DNA of 64,000 nt from Mobula hypostoma (Eukaryota). Positions 12,776-25,371 of this stretch are shown here, one piece after another. The DNA lies in contig NC_086097.1 in the NCBI RefSeq assembly GCF_963921235.1, forward strand, positions 223,140,001 to 223,204,000, given 5' to 3'. Both the position numbers and the translations under genes were made by a program. Below the pieces are notes generated by a model. It had not been told where the DNA came from and ran no database searches. It saw only the letters and a list, made by a program, of their open reading frames with translations. The number at the start of each line of letters is the position of its first letter. Within the stretch, counting starts at the first letter, position 1.

Positions 12776-13996
12776 TAGTGAAGACGTAGTTTCAACTTGA
12801 ACAAGATTTAGAACTTTCAAAGATTCTGATACAGTTATAAAACCATTTTTAATGTTTTTGTTGCTCTTGATTATTAGCTACTTGATTTTTTTTTAATAGT
12901 CAACACAGGTTGCATTCCATGCACAGGTGTTCATGGAACTTTCATGCTTTCTGGTACTTGTGCATAATGTATTATATTGTAAGTATTCAGTTTAAATGTG
13001 CATTGTAGGACTGGAATAGAAGTGTTTTGATTTGGATTCTGCCAGCTTGTAAACAAGGGTACTTGGCACTGAGCCCTCGCTTTCAAGATGAAATCTAATG
13101 GATGCTAGAAGTAGGGAGATGTGCTGAGCTGACCCAGTTATCTTACAATTGGTTACTTTGTTTTGGGGAATTGTTTGACAAGATGCTGTGTGACAGGGAG
13201 CAAATGCCATGGTGGCAAAGCATTCTTACTGTTCCTATGGGTAATTGGGCTTGCCAGCTGTGTAGTGGTTCTGTTAATGATTAGTACACAGTCCATTTTC
13301 ACTATGTTCAGTAATTCTCCATATACTCATGTCTTGCAATCTGGTCCCACCCAGCTTTGTGTTCCATTTAAAATATATGGTCACAAAGACCATTCTTCTA
13401 ATCATAATTTTGGGTAGTTGTCAACTTTTGTTTAAAAGGATTATATTGCCAAAAAAAGGAGCATTTCAACAAACCTCCCTTCCTGCTGCAAAATGTAATA
13501 CTAAATGTGTCAGCACAAGTTGCACGTGGGTTATCTCCTAATATCCCCATGCTGTCAGATCACTTTAATTTATAGTGGCTTGAGTTCTAGAAATGAATGA
13601 AGTCACTAAACTTGCCACACTACCAAGCTAATCACCTCATTGCAACAGGAAGTGGGGATGCAGAATGCATGCTTTTGGATGTGATAATTAATGAACTTAC
13701 CTACCACTTTCACTAAATGAGAAAGTTGAAAGATTCTTAATTCCATTTAAACTTGTCTATGTGCTTCCTGCAGCATCAGTGTTGCTTAGTAATGCATCCT
13801 ATTGGCAATGGTACTAAAACTCCACATGGTTCCCTCTAAAACAATCAGTGTCGTGCTGAGGATTAGGGTTGCACATTTCAAGTTTTTGGAGGGGGGGGTG
13901 AGGTGTATTCATAATAAGTGGTGTAAAATGGTTTTTGAAACTGAAATCTGTACATTTCCAAAAGATTGGTTTGCCATTCTTTTGATTGCTTTGTCA

Positions 13997-15350
13997 TCTA
14001 TATACTACTAAAACTCTCCTACTCTGTCTGTGACCGCCAATTAGCGCAAACGGTGCATTACAGCAGCACTTTTCTTGGCTAAATCGAATTAAAATGCGCT
14101 AACTTACAGAATGCAGGCAAAGTTCAGGGTTATATATTCATATAAAACTGCTCATTCGCCAAAAATCAACAGGCTGCCTTTCACCAGAGACCCGATCAGC
14201 CATCATGGAAATTGGGACACGACACCACGACGCATGCGCATGGCCAGCCTCAGCAGCACCTCACCATGCTCACACAGCCGCTTCCACCTTCCATGGAGAC
14301 CGCGACGCGACACCACGACGCATGGACACGGCCAGCCTCAGCAGCACCTCACCATGCTCACACAGCCGCTTCCACCTTCCATGGAGACCACGACGCATGG
14401 ACACGGCCAGCCTCAGCAGCACCTCACCATGCTCACACAGCCGCTTCCACCTTCCATGGAGACCGCGACGCGACACCACGACGCATGGACACGGCCAGCC
14501 TCAGCAGCACCTCACCATGCTCACACAGCCGCTTCCACCTTCCATGGAGACCGCGACGCGACACCACGACGCATGGACACGGCCAGCCTCAGCAGCACCT
14601 CACGATGCTCACAGCAGCTACACCAACCACAGCAAAAGGGCAGGGCTATCACGTCCATTTAGGAGAGCACCAACCACATCAAGAAACAACAGCATCTTGG
14701 AGGCTTTGGTGTTACTGCTTCCTATCTTCTGTCAAGCATTAGGATAAAAATATATGGATAGCTTAATTATGTTGCGTGGAAAGAGAAGGGGGACATTATG
14801 GTCAAGAGATTATGCCAAACGTCGTCGGGAAGCGGCAAGGAGAGGGAGAGAACAACAATCGGATGATGTCAGGGCCACACGAGTCCAGGATCAAAGAGTC
14901 AGGACAAAAAAGATGAGAGAAGACGAGACAGAGGAGGACAGGCATGCACGTCTCCAAAATGACATCAATAGGCACAGCTGGAGGAGAGAACAAGAATCCG
15001 ATCAGGCCAGGGCTGCATGACTCCAGGATCAGAGGGGAAAAAACAAATGGTAGAAGAGATGAAGGATGAAAGGGCTGCGCGTCTCCAGAATGATAAAAAC
15101 AGGCAGAGGAGGAGAGAAGAAGAGACAGAGGAGAAAAGGAAAGATCCACTCGAGAATATGCGGCACAGAGTAATTATTGCGAGCGATGTGGTCATAAAGT
15201 GTCTTTTATTAAATGAGGAGGAGCAATATTTGTGTTGCTATGCATCTTTCTTCTTTAATACACTGAGTTCTTTAATTTCCAAAGCACATCACACCGCACT
15301 GCACTACCTTTCTCTCAAAAGGTGCCCCAACGGGTCACCCGGTTGTCAAG
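13997..15350 (+). mobile_element. Non-autonomous Helitron
   Basis: A|TCTATATACTACTAAAA 5' end. 3' GC hairpin GGTGCCCC-AAC-GGGTCACC about 11 nt before CAAG|T (CTAG-like). Inserted between A and T with no TSD. The same 3' end recurs at 7715-7775. Confidence 0.8.
14221..14612 (+). repeat. GC-rich minisatellite, 88-bp unit (one 75-bp variant), about 4.5 copies, inside the Helitron
   Basis: A CATG anchor recurs at 14233, 14321, 14396, 14484 and 14572 (spacings 88, 75, 88, 88). Confidence 0.95.
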
Positions 15351-15748
15351 TACATTTTAAAGTTTGCAGTAGTCTTGCACACGATATTTTGGAACAGTGA
15401 ATCTGCATAGCAGAATTGAACCAGGTCTTCAAATTCAGCCATAAGTTGCTAACTTTTAATCTATTTGGGTGGGAATTGGTGTATATTACAATTTGTTTTA
15501 TTTAAGTGTTTAAAGAATTGCATCATTAAATCAGTATGGGCAGAAGGTCACATCCTGTAAATCCATATTGTCTAAGTCGAACACTTAATCATCTGGGACT
15601 TTAAAGAGCATGTAGCATTCTTACACTGGAAACAAACTTGTATAGATACAAAACCACTGACCTAGTCCTAGATTATTTCTGTTTATACAGGATTTTCTAG
15701 GATGGTCAACTACTTCCCAAAGCGTTGTCAAAAAGTCGCACTGAGTTA

Positions 15749-17145
15749 CAGTACCTATAAAAGGTATTCACCACCCTTGGAAGTTTCCATGTTTTGTTTT
15801 TGTAACATTGAACCACAGTGGGTTTAATTTGGCTTTTTTGTTTTGACTGTTCAACAGAAAAGACTTTTGTGTCTACGTGAAAACAAATTTCTACAAATTG
15901 GTCTAAATTTATTACAGTTACTAAACGCAAAATAATTAATTACTCACCCCCTTCAAGTCAGTAGATGCATCTTTTCGCAGCAATTACAGCCTTGAGTTTG
16001 TGTGGATGGGTCTCTTATCAGTTTTGCACATCTGGACATTGCCATTTTTCTCCAGTCTTTACGAAACTGCTCAAGCTCTGTTTGCATGAGAATCGTGAGT
16101 GAACAGCCCTTTCAAGTCCAGCCACCAATTCTCAATTGGATTGAGGTCTGGATTCTGACTTGGCCACTCCAGGACATTAACTTTGTTTTTAAGCCATTCC
16201 TGTGCAGCTTTGGCTTTATGCCTGAGGTCATTGTCTTGCTGGAAAACAAATCTAAGTTGCAGTCCTCTTGCAGGCTGCATCAGGTTTTCCCTCCAGGATT
16301 TCCCTGTATTTTGCTGCATTCATTTTGCCTTCTACCTTCACAAGCCTTACAAAGCCTTTTGCCGTGAAGCATCCCCACAGCATGATGTAGCCACCACATG
16401 CTTCATGGTAGGGATGGTGCGTTTTTCGATGTGTGATGTTTGCTTTCTCTTTGCCACTCTCCATAACCCTGTGACTGGTGAAACGCTTGGGCAACGGTTG
16501 TTTATATGCACAGTCTCCTATCTCAGCCACTGAAGCTTGTAACTCCTCCAGAGATGTCATGGGTCTCTCAGTGACCTCCCTCACTAGTCCCCTTCTTGCA
16601 TGGTCACTCAATTTTTGAGAACTGCCTGCTCTAGGCAGATCTACAGCTGTGCCATATTCTTTCCATTTCTTGATGATTGACTTAACTGTACTCCAAGGGA
16701 TATTCAGTGAGTTGGAAATTTTCTTGTATCCATCTCCTGACTTGTTTTTCAATATACTTGGAATTTTTGTGTGGTGCTGTAGTTTTTGCCAGGATATTGA
16801 CTCACCAGCAGTTGGACCTTCTAGATACAGACATACTTTTACTCCTGTCTCCAAAACCAGATCTCCATTTTAACTAGTTATGTGACTTCTAAAACCAATT
16901 GGCAGCACCAGTGATAATTTGGTATCATATTAAAGAACAGTGAATACTTGTGCAATCAATTATTTTGTTTTATATTTCTAATTAATTTAGATCACTTTGT
17001 AGAGATCATTATTTTCTTTGACAAGAAAGCACCTCTTTCTATTGATCAACTGTCAAAAAAGCCAAATTAAATCCACTGATTCAATGTTGCAACTCAATAA
17101 AACAAAAACTTGCAAGGGGGGTGTGAATACTTTTTAAAGGCACTG
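15749..17145 (-). mobile_element. Tc1-family DNA transposon (long-TIR type), degenerate with internal deletion
   Basis: TA|CAGT...ACTG|TA ends and roughly 200-bp imperfect TIRs. Transposase remnants GYKKIS...[36 protein letters not shown]. Confidence 0.93.
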
Positions 17146-18354
17146 TATACGGGGAGAGATTAGGGCAAGTGAGAAACAACTTGGTCAAAGATTTTAACAA
17201 GCGTGTTAAAGGAGATGGAACTGGTTAGGCAAAGCTTTCCTGAGCCATGTCAACAAAAGGAATTAAGACATTAAGTCAATGTATTTTGAGAAAGACAAAA
17301 AAGGACTGGAGTTGGAGATGAAAAATCTTTTAAAAGGACACAGTAAAATTTTTGAAATCTGATGTTTGATAAGAGGCCATTAAATCTGCAACCAATGGTA
17401 GTGATAGGGTTTAGTCCACATTAAGGTGTGAGCAACAGTTTTTGGTTTGCAAAAACTTGATGGATATATGGAGCAGGATCAGTGATGGCATGACCCATAG
17501 TTTTCAAAGTCTTGCTTTGTACATTGTCAGTACATGTACAGCCTCCTGTGTTGGCAAGCAAAGAAATTCAAACAATTGAAACTACAACTTAAATGAAAAT
17601 GTAACTGGTTGTTGGTATTTGTTGGAGGACTAATCATTGTCAGGATTCAAACTAATGAAATCCAGGTGGCTCCTGAAAGTTAAATGTGTTTAAATGTTGT
17701 TTCAGCTGCCTTATTACATTAATGTGGGATGACACTGCAGCTGTGATCAGCTTAGTATCCAAAGAAAGTCCATTCCCCAGCTTAAAGGCAACAGCAAACT
17801 TTTTTAATTGGTGCAAGAAAGGGAAATGAAGTATCTGTGTTATTAGCAATTTGAAATGATGCTGTGCATTGTGTTTTTTTTCCCCAAAACATTTGAAGAT
17901 TTGAAAAGGTCTTCCTCACAGCGTGCTCTCAAGGCCACATTCATCCCATGAATTGTTATTTGCTTGCGTTTAAACTTCTGAAGATGTGTTGGGAGCAATT
18001 GGAAAAGGAGATCCTAAAACCTGGGGTATTCACTGAATTATAGAAATACTGAGTGTACCCCTTAGACACCACTCAGGATGTTTAAACACTCCATTGGGGT
18101 GCTCATGGAGTCTAGCACGACTGGTGAATATGTCCTTGAGCATGAAATTGGGACATGTCCAGTTTTGTTTTTTTGAATGGAGGTATGTGGCTGTAAGGGA
18201 ATGAAGTAAGTGTTGGACAATTTGGTCATGCCTGCTTCTGTGACCTATGGATACATGTGCTTGTTTTGGCCAAGCAGACATAAAGTGTACATTAATTCCA
18301 TTTTTGTTTATTTTGTTTAACCTCGAGGATGTGTGCTTGGCCCACAGCTGAAAC

Positions 18355-19050
18355 ACCTTTGATAAATTTGCTGATGACGCAACTATTGTTGGCAGAATGT
18401 CAGGTGATGGGGCATACAGGAGTGAAATAGATCAGATGGTTCAGTGGGGTTGCAACAACAACCTTGGTAATGGATGCCAACAGCATCAGTAAGACCAAGG
18501 AATTGATGATGGACTTCTGAAAGGGGAAGTTGTGGGAACACGCTCAGGTCGTTATCAAGGGATCAGCAGTGGAAAAGGTGAGCAGTTTAAATTCCTGGAT
18601 GTCAGTGTCCCTGAGGATCAATCCTGGGCCCAACATAGAAACCATAGAAACTACAGCACAGAAACAGGCCTTTTGGCCCTTGGCTGTGCAGAACCATTTT
18701 CTGCCGAGTCCCACTGACCTATAGAAACCATATTGATGCAATTTGAAAGAAGACATGATGGTAGCTGTATTTCATGAGGAGTTTGAGTCGACTTGGTATG
18801 TCACCAAAGACATTTTCAAATTTCTACAGATGTACTGTGCAGAGCCTTCTAAGTCATTGCATCACCATTTGGTATGGGGGCAGGGGGAACGGGACACTGT
18901 ACAGGATCAGGAGAAACACTGCAGAAAGTTGTAAACTGAGCCAGCTCCCATCATGGGCATTAGCCTTCCCAGCATCTAGAACACCTTCAAAAGGCAGAGC
19001 CTCAAAAAGGTGGCATCCATCATTAAGGACCCCCTCCCCCCCCATCACCC
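18355..19050 (+). mobile_element. Rex1/Babar-like LINE RT 3' fragment with a small CR1-tail insertion (about 18634-18730)
   Basis: KFADDATIVG, CNNNL, KTKELMMDF, FYRCT..S.L..CITIWYG motifs typical of Rex1/Babar. Confidence 0.7.
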
Positions 19051-19660
19051 TGGACATTGTCAAAGGCATGTGCTAGAAGGAGAGATTGGACAGACCTGGG
19101 TGGCTTTCTCTGGAGTGGTGGAAGTTGAGGGTAGATCTGATTGGTTTTAAAGATTGAGACATTAAAAAGAATGGACAGCAAGTATCTTTTTCCCAGGGTT
19201 GAAATGTCTAATACCTGAGGGCATGCATTTCAGGCAAGAGATTCAGAAGAGATGTTGAGTAAGTTTCTGAAGTGGTGTGTTCCTGGAATGTGCTGTTTGG
19301 GGTAGTGCTGGAGGCTAATACAATGGAGGTGTTCGAGTGACTCTTAGATGGGCACATGAATGTGCAGGAAATAGAAGGATATAGACATGGTGTAGGCAGA
19401 AGGGATTAGTTGGGCATTGATTACTAAACAACATAATTAGGAGCATGTTCCTGTACTATACTAGAAAAATACTGCACAGAAACAGGCCCTTCAGCCTATC
19501 TAGTCTGTGCTGAACCATTTAAACTGCCTACTTCCATTGACCTGTACCCGGACCATAGTCCTCCATACCCCTACCATCCATGTACCTATCCAATCTTCTC
19601 CTAAATGTTGAAATCGAGATTGCATGCACTACTTGTGTTGGCAGCTCGTTCCACACTCTA
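19050..19660. mobile_element. Two short CR1 3' fragments, tail to tail (+ then -)
   Basis: CR1 C-terminal motifs (VWNELP..VV.A...FRRRLDRYMD on the minus strand). Confidence 0.7.
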
Positions 19661-21376
19661 CTGTAACTGAAGCAGTGCTTGTACGAGCTGTTCATCAAAC
19701 TTGCCTGTATTCTTCCTGTACTGGCATAAAGTGGCAGGAACCTGAAACTCCACTTCTGTGGACTGAGCACAGGTGCTCTGAGGCCACATTAAACACTATA
19801 TTAGAAGTGCAAATGAATCACTGAGTCACCTAGGAGTGTTTGGGTCTCTGGATGGTAAGGTGAAAGAGCAGATGTTCCACTCCTGTGGTTGCATGGATCT
19901 ATAATTAATAGAGCTGTGGGCTTGTAATGGATGACTTTCCCCTGAGATGCAGGTAGAGAAAGGCAGAAAGGGAGTGGAAGAGACATTGAATAAAATCTTT
20001 GAAATTTACTTGCTTTCTCCACATCAAAAGTGCAGCTGTGAGCATTTGCATTTGCCTCAAGCTACATCTGTCTTTTGTGGGATACATGGAATGGTTTCTG
20101 TTTTATTCCTACTCGCACGTGTTTCATTCGCACCTTTCTTTGGCTTGGATGGTGTGTGGTTTTTGAATTTTGTTTTTAAATTGGCTGTTGTTTCTTGAGA
20201 TTGCCTGAGTTTAATTTTACCACATTTCACTTGCATTTCCAAAACAAGCCACCTGAGTTTTTGGCTTCGAACTATGGGTTCCTGGACCACTTGTGATCTA
20301 TTGTATGATGGCTAGTTCAATTTTTTTCATGGGTTTTGAACATGCCCTCCTTTCCTCTTAAATAATAGTGATTATTGTGATTCTGATCATCCCACTAGTG
20401 GGCAATTTAAGTAGAGGCAAAATCTGCCTTGCCACCTACACTTTTTACTTAAGGGGAGGGGGTGCATTGTTGTCAATAACTTTATGTAATGAATCTGGCA
20501 TTTGTTGTGTGGGTTACATGGGATCAGCAACCAAAACAATTAAGTGTAAATCTGTATATGCTGGAAAGGTGACTGCGGCCAGCAGCCTATTTTAAAAGAA
20601 AATACCTTGATTGCTATGCTCATCTGTTTTCTTAAAAGCTGAAACAAATGTTTTTGTTTCTTGCCTTAAAGCAAAGATTGGCATTTTAGCTAGCACTTTC
20701 TCTGGTTTAGGGGGAGGAGAAAAAACTCTAAGATTACAAGTCCTTTGCCCATTTAGTAAACACCAGTCCTTCTGAAGTTACTCAGTTTGACATTTCTGTG
20801 TTTTTCATAATTAATATCAATAGAACCAAGAGCTGATAGGATCCTTAGTCTATATAAGTTGACCATTTATGCAAGAATTTGTTAAGGCTGTTCTTGTGTG
20901 AACTTTGAGTAATTTATTTTACATTGCAAACATTTTTCTTTTGTTTAATTTTAAAGACATTTTTAAATGGGATTTGCAATCCTACAGGATGTTCCTGAAG
21001 AAATTGAGTTATTATTTAGCGTTACCTTTAGTGGTATTGCTAATGTAGAGTTAAGTAATTGATGGTCATCAATTATTTTATAATACATTATAATACATTT
21101 TTTGTTAAATTACCAAGTGTGCAGAAAAGCAATTTATTAATCCTTAATCAATTGCTTTAATCCTGGTAGTAAGATGCACTAACTATAGTTTGCGAGGCCA
21201 CTAAGATCATCAACAAGAGTAGGCTAGATGACTGCTCAAGTACACTCTGCCATTAAATTGGATCATGGCTGATTTTTATCCTTTTCAATCTTGTCCTGCC
21301 CAATCCCCATTATCCTAACATCTTTCTCTCAATAGTTCAAAGTGTTTAGAGTAGATTTTATCATTAAAGATCATAG

Positions 21377-21571
21377 TGTAGCGATGTGCTACACACAGCG
21401 GTAGAATAACCACACGGAGTCGGTGAGTTAGAGTTGCGATGAAAGAGGTTTATTCAAACTTCGCGGCCCGCTTTAAAGCCTTCCCGTTCCCGCCCTTTTT
21501 GCTGCCGGCCCTCTGCCTGCGCGCGCTGTTTCCTGAGCCGGTTCGTGGGTGCCAGAAGGTGGGTTGCCACA
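21377..21571 (-). repeat. 3' LTR of the Gypsy element
   Basis: Preceded on the minus strand by the G14-TTA polypurine tract (21572-21588). Confidence 0.95.
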
Positions 21572-24520
21572 TAACCCCCCCCCCCCCCAGAACCGGCGAT
21601 ACCTCCCCCAATGTCCACAGTCTGGATCGGCCTCTGTTTGAGAGGTCTGCCCCTGCGCCGCGGTGCCTGAGCCTGGACCGGTTGCGCCAAGTCCACATGG
21701 GCCGGTTTGAGTCGGTCCACCGTGAAAACCTCCTCTCTCCCCCCAATGTCTAGCACGAACGTGGACCCGTTGTTCTTGATCACCTTAAACGGCCCCTCGT
21801 AGGGCTGCTGTAGCGGTGCCCGGTGTCCGCCCCGTCGTACAAAAAGAAACTTGCAGTTCTGCAGGTCTTTGGGTACGCAGGTCGGGCTCTGTCCATGCTG
21901 TGAAGTGGGTATGGGGGCCAGGTTACCGAGCCTCTCCCGTAGTCTGTCCAGGACTGCTGTGGGTTCTTCCTCTTGCCCCCTTGGGGCTGGTATGAACTCT
22001 CCTGGGATGACCAGGGGCGCACCGTACACCAACTCGGCCGACGAGGTGTGCAGATCCTCCTTGGGCGCCGTGCGGATTCCGAGCAGGACCCAGGGAAGTT
22101 CGTCCACCCAGTTAGGCCCCTCCAGGCGGGCCATGAGAGCCGATTTCAGGTGACGGTGGAAGCGCTCCACTAGTCTGTTCGACTGTGGGTGGTAGGCAGT
22201 TGTGTGGTGTAGCTGTGTTCCTAAAAGTCTGGCCATAGCTGACCACAGGCTGGAGGTGAACTGGGCGCCCCTGTCGGAGGTAATGTGGGCCGGTACCCCA
22301 AAGCGTGCTACCCAGGTTGCGATCAGTGCTCGAGCGCAGGATTCGGAGGTGGTGTCGCTGAGCGGGACTGCCTCTGGCCATCTGGTGAACCGGTTTATCA
22401 TAGTTAGGAGGTACTGCGCTCCTCGTGACACTGGCAGGGGCCCCACGATATCCACATGGATGTGGTCAAACCTCCGGCGGGTGGGTTCGAACCGCTGCGG
22501 TGGAGCCTTGGTGTGCTGCTGCACCTTGGCCGTTTGGCACTGCATACACGTTTTGGCCCATTCACTGACCTGTTTACGAAGTCCATGCCACACGAACCTG
22601 TTGGAGACCAGCCGGACAGTTGTCCTGATGGAGGGGTGCGCTAAGTTGTGAATGGATTCGAACACCCGCCGGCGCCAGGCTGCTGGGACGACGGGGCGGG
22701 GTTGGCCAGTAGCTACGTCACATAGTAGGGTCCTCTCACCTGGGCCTATGGGGAGGTCTTGGAGCTGCAAACCGGAGACTGCAGTCCTGTAACTGGGGAT
22801 CTCAGCGTCTGCCTGCTGTGCCTCTGCCAGCGCTGCATAGTCCACCCCCTGGGACAGGGCCTGTATGGTAGGTCTGGAAAGTGCGTCTGCCACGACATTG
22901 TTCTTTCCAGAGACATGCCGGATGTCCGTCGTGTACTCGGAGATGTAGGACAGATGTCGCTGCTGGCGGGACGACCAGGGGTCGGACACCTTAGTGAACG
23001 CAAAGGTAAGCGGTTTGTGGTCTGTGAACGCGGTGAAGGGCCTACCTTCTAAGAAGTACCTGAAATGCCGGATTGCCAGGTATAGTGTCAATAGCTCCCG
23101 GTCGATAGCACTGTATTTGAGTTCAGGTGGTCGTAGGTGTTTGCTGAAGAACGCCAGGGGTTGCCAGCGACCCTCGATGAGTTGTTCCAGCACTCCACCG
23201 ACCGCTGTGTTGGATGCGTCCACCGTGAGGGCAGTAGGAACGTCCGTTCTGGGGTGCACTAGCATCGCGGCCTTTGCCAAGGCTTCTTTGGTTTTAACGA
23301 AAGCGGTTGCGGCCTCTTCGTTCCAGGTAATGTCCTTGCCCTTACCCGACATTAGAGTGAACAAGGGGCGCATGGTTCGGGCTGCTGAGGGGAGGAAACG
23401 GTGGTAGAAATTCACCATACCCACGAATTACTGCAAGCCTTTGATTGTGTTGGGTCGGGGGAAGTGGCGGACCGCGTCTATCTTGGCGGGCAGCGGGGTT
23501 GCCCCGTCTTTAGTAATCCTGTGGCCCAGGAAGTCGATGGTGTCGAGTCGGAACTGGCATTTGGCTGGATTGATTGTAAGGCCGAATTCACTCAAGCGGG
23601 AGTAGAGCTGGCGGAGGTGGGACAGATGCTCCTGCCGACTACTGCTGGCTATGAGGATGTCGTCCAAATAGATGTATGCAAAGTCCAGGTCGCGTCCCAC
23701 TGCGTCCATTAGCCGCTGGAAAGTCTGTGCGGCATTCTTTAGACCAAACGGCATTCGGAGGAATTCGAAAAGTCCGAACGGAGTGATGAGTGCTGTTTTG
23801 GGGATGTCGTCCGGATGTACAGGGATTTGATGGTATCCCCGGACGTGGTCTACCTTGGAAAAGATCCTTGCGCCGTGTAGGTTTGCTGCGAAGTCTTGAA
23901 TGTGCGGCACAGGGTAGCGGTCTGGCATTGTAGCCTCGTTCAGTCTGCGGTAGTCACCGCATGGTCTCCGGCCCCCCGTTGCCTTGGGCACCATGTGAAG
24001 GGGGGAGGCCCATGGGCTGTCAGACCGTCATATGATCCCTAATTCCTCCATCTTCTTGAACTCCTCCTTCGCCAGTCGGAGCTTGTCCAGGGGAAGCCTT
24101 CGAGCACGGGCGTGGAGGGGTGGTCCCTGGGTCGGGATGTGGTGCTGTACTCCGTGTCTGGGCATGGCTGCCGTGAACTGCGGTGTCTACTGATGGGAAA
24201 TCTGCCAGGACCCTGGTGAATTCATCGTCGGACAGCATGATGGAGTCCAGGTGTGGGGCTGGCAACTGTGCTTCACCCAGGGAGAACGTTTGAAAAGTCT
24301 TGGCGTGGACTAATCGCTTCCCTTGCAAGTCGACCAGTAGGCTGTGGGCTCGTAGAAAATCTGCCCCCAGCAGTGGTTGGGCCACGGCGGCCAGTGTGAA
24401 GTCCCACGTGAACCGGCTGGAGCTGAACTGTAGCCGCACCGTGCGGGTGCCGTAGGTTCGTATTGTGCTGCCATTAGCGGCCCTCAGGGTGGGTCCCAGT
24501 TCTCTGTTGCGGGTGTCGTA
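21454..24520 (-). pseudogene. pol: Pol (rest of PR, RT, RNase H, integrase) broken by frameshifts and an in-frame stop at about 23428
   Basis: [17 protein letters not shown] and YLDD. RNase H: TVDAS, TDHKPL, ADALSR. IN: HNLAH..CMQC, HVD, SDRG, VERFH, then the GPY/F motif PYEGPF. Confidence 0.93.
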
Positions 24521-25331
24521 ACTCGTTGACGCTGATCTCCGCTCCGGTGTCGACCAAAAAGCGGCGTCCCGACTGCTTGTCCCAGACGTACAGGAGGCTG
24601 TCCTGATGGCCAGCCGCCGTAGCGATCGGCAGCGGCTGGGCCTTGGTGTTTCCCAGGAATTTGCAGGGCGGTCTGCAGCGGCGGGCCTCCGTGCCCCACC
24701 GTTGGTGGTAGAAACACCATTGTTCGTTGGGCTCCTCACTCCCGTCGCCAGGTTTTGTAGGGTCTGCTGCCGGGCCTGGTCTGGTCTGTCGTTGGGCACG
24801 CGGCTTGGTGATCTGTGCGACGGATGCCCCTCTCTCTTTCCTGGCATTCCACAGCACATCTGCTCGGGCCGCCACCTCCCGGGGTTTGCTGAAATCTGCG
24901 TCGGACAGCAGCAGGCATATGTCCTCGGGCAGTTGCTCTAGGAACGCCTGCTCAAACACGAGGCAGGGTTTGTGTCCTTCAGCCAGGGCCAGCATCTCGT
25001 TCATTAATGCTGACGGCGGCCTGTCTCCCAAACCATCCAGGTGCATTAAGCGGCGTGCTCGTTCGCGCCGTGAGAGTCCGAAAGTCCTTATGAGCAGGTT
25101 TTTGAATGCTGTGTATTTGCCATCCTCCGGGGGCGACTGTATAAACTCCTCAACTTGTGCAGCAGTCTCCTGGTCGAGGGAGCTCAGCACGTAGTAGTAG
25201 CGAGTGGACTCCGAGGTTATCTGCCGAATGTGGAATTGTGCTTCTGCTTGTTCGAACCATAAATGGGGTCGCAGCGTCCAGAAGCTTGGCGGTTTTAACG
25301 AAACTGCGTGAACAGATGCAGCGTCGGTCAT
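24474..25331 (-). pseudogene. gag: Gag (CHCC zinc knuckle) running into the N-terminal half of the aspartic protease
   Basis: LKPPSFW...PHLWFEQAEAQF N-terminus, CFYHQRWGTEARRCRPPC (C-x2-H-x9-C-x3-C), then FLVDTGAEISV before a frameshifting lesion. Confidence 0.9.
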
Positions 25332-25355
25332 CTCTGGTCCAAATATCGTTTGGGC

Positions 25356-25369
25356 CGTCGGGGTCACCA
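25356..25369 (-). promoter_or_regulatory. Primer binding site complementary to the tRNA-Trp 3' end (TGGTGACCCCGACG)
   Basis: Lies 2 nt inside the 5' LTR edge and matches the vertebrate tRNA-Trp acceptor end ...CGTCGGGGTCACCA. Confidence 0.9.
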
Positions 25370-25371
25370 AT

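Noticed and set aside
14111..14747. Three overlapping ORFs of about 180 aa and a CRISPR-like repeat appearance
   Set aside because: This is a stop-free tandem minisatellite with no unique spacers, in eukaryotic DNA with no cas genes.
25356..25369. tRNA-Trp-like sequence
   Set aside because: Only 14 nt. It is the retrotransposon PBS, not a tRNA gene.
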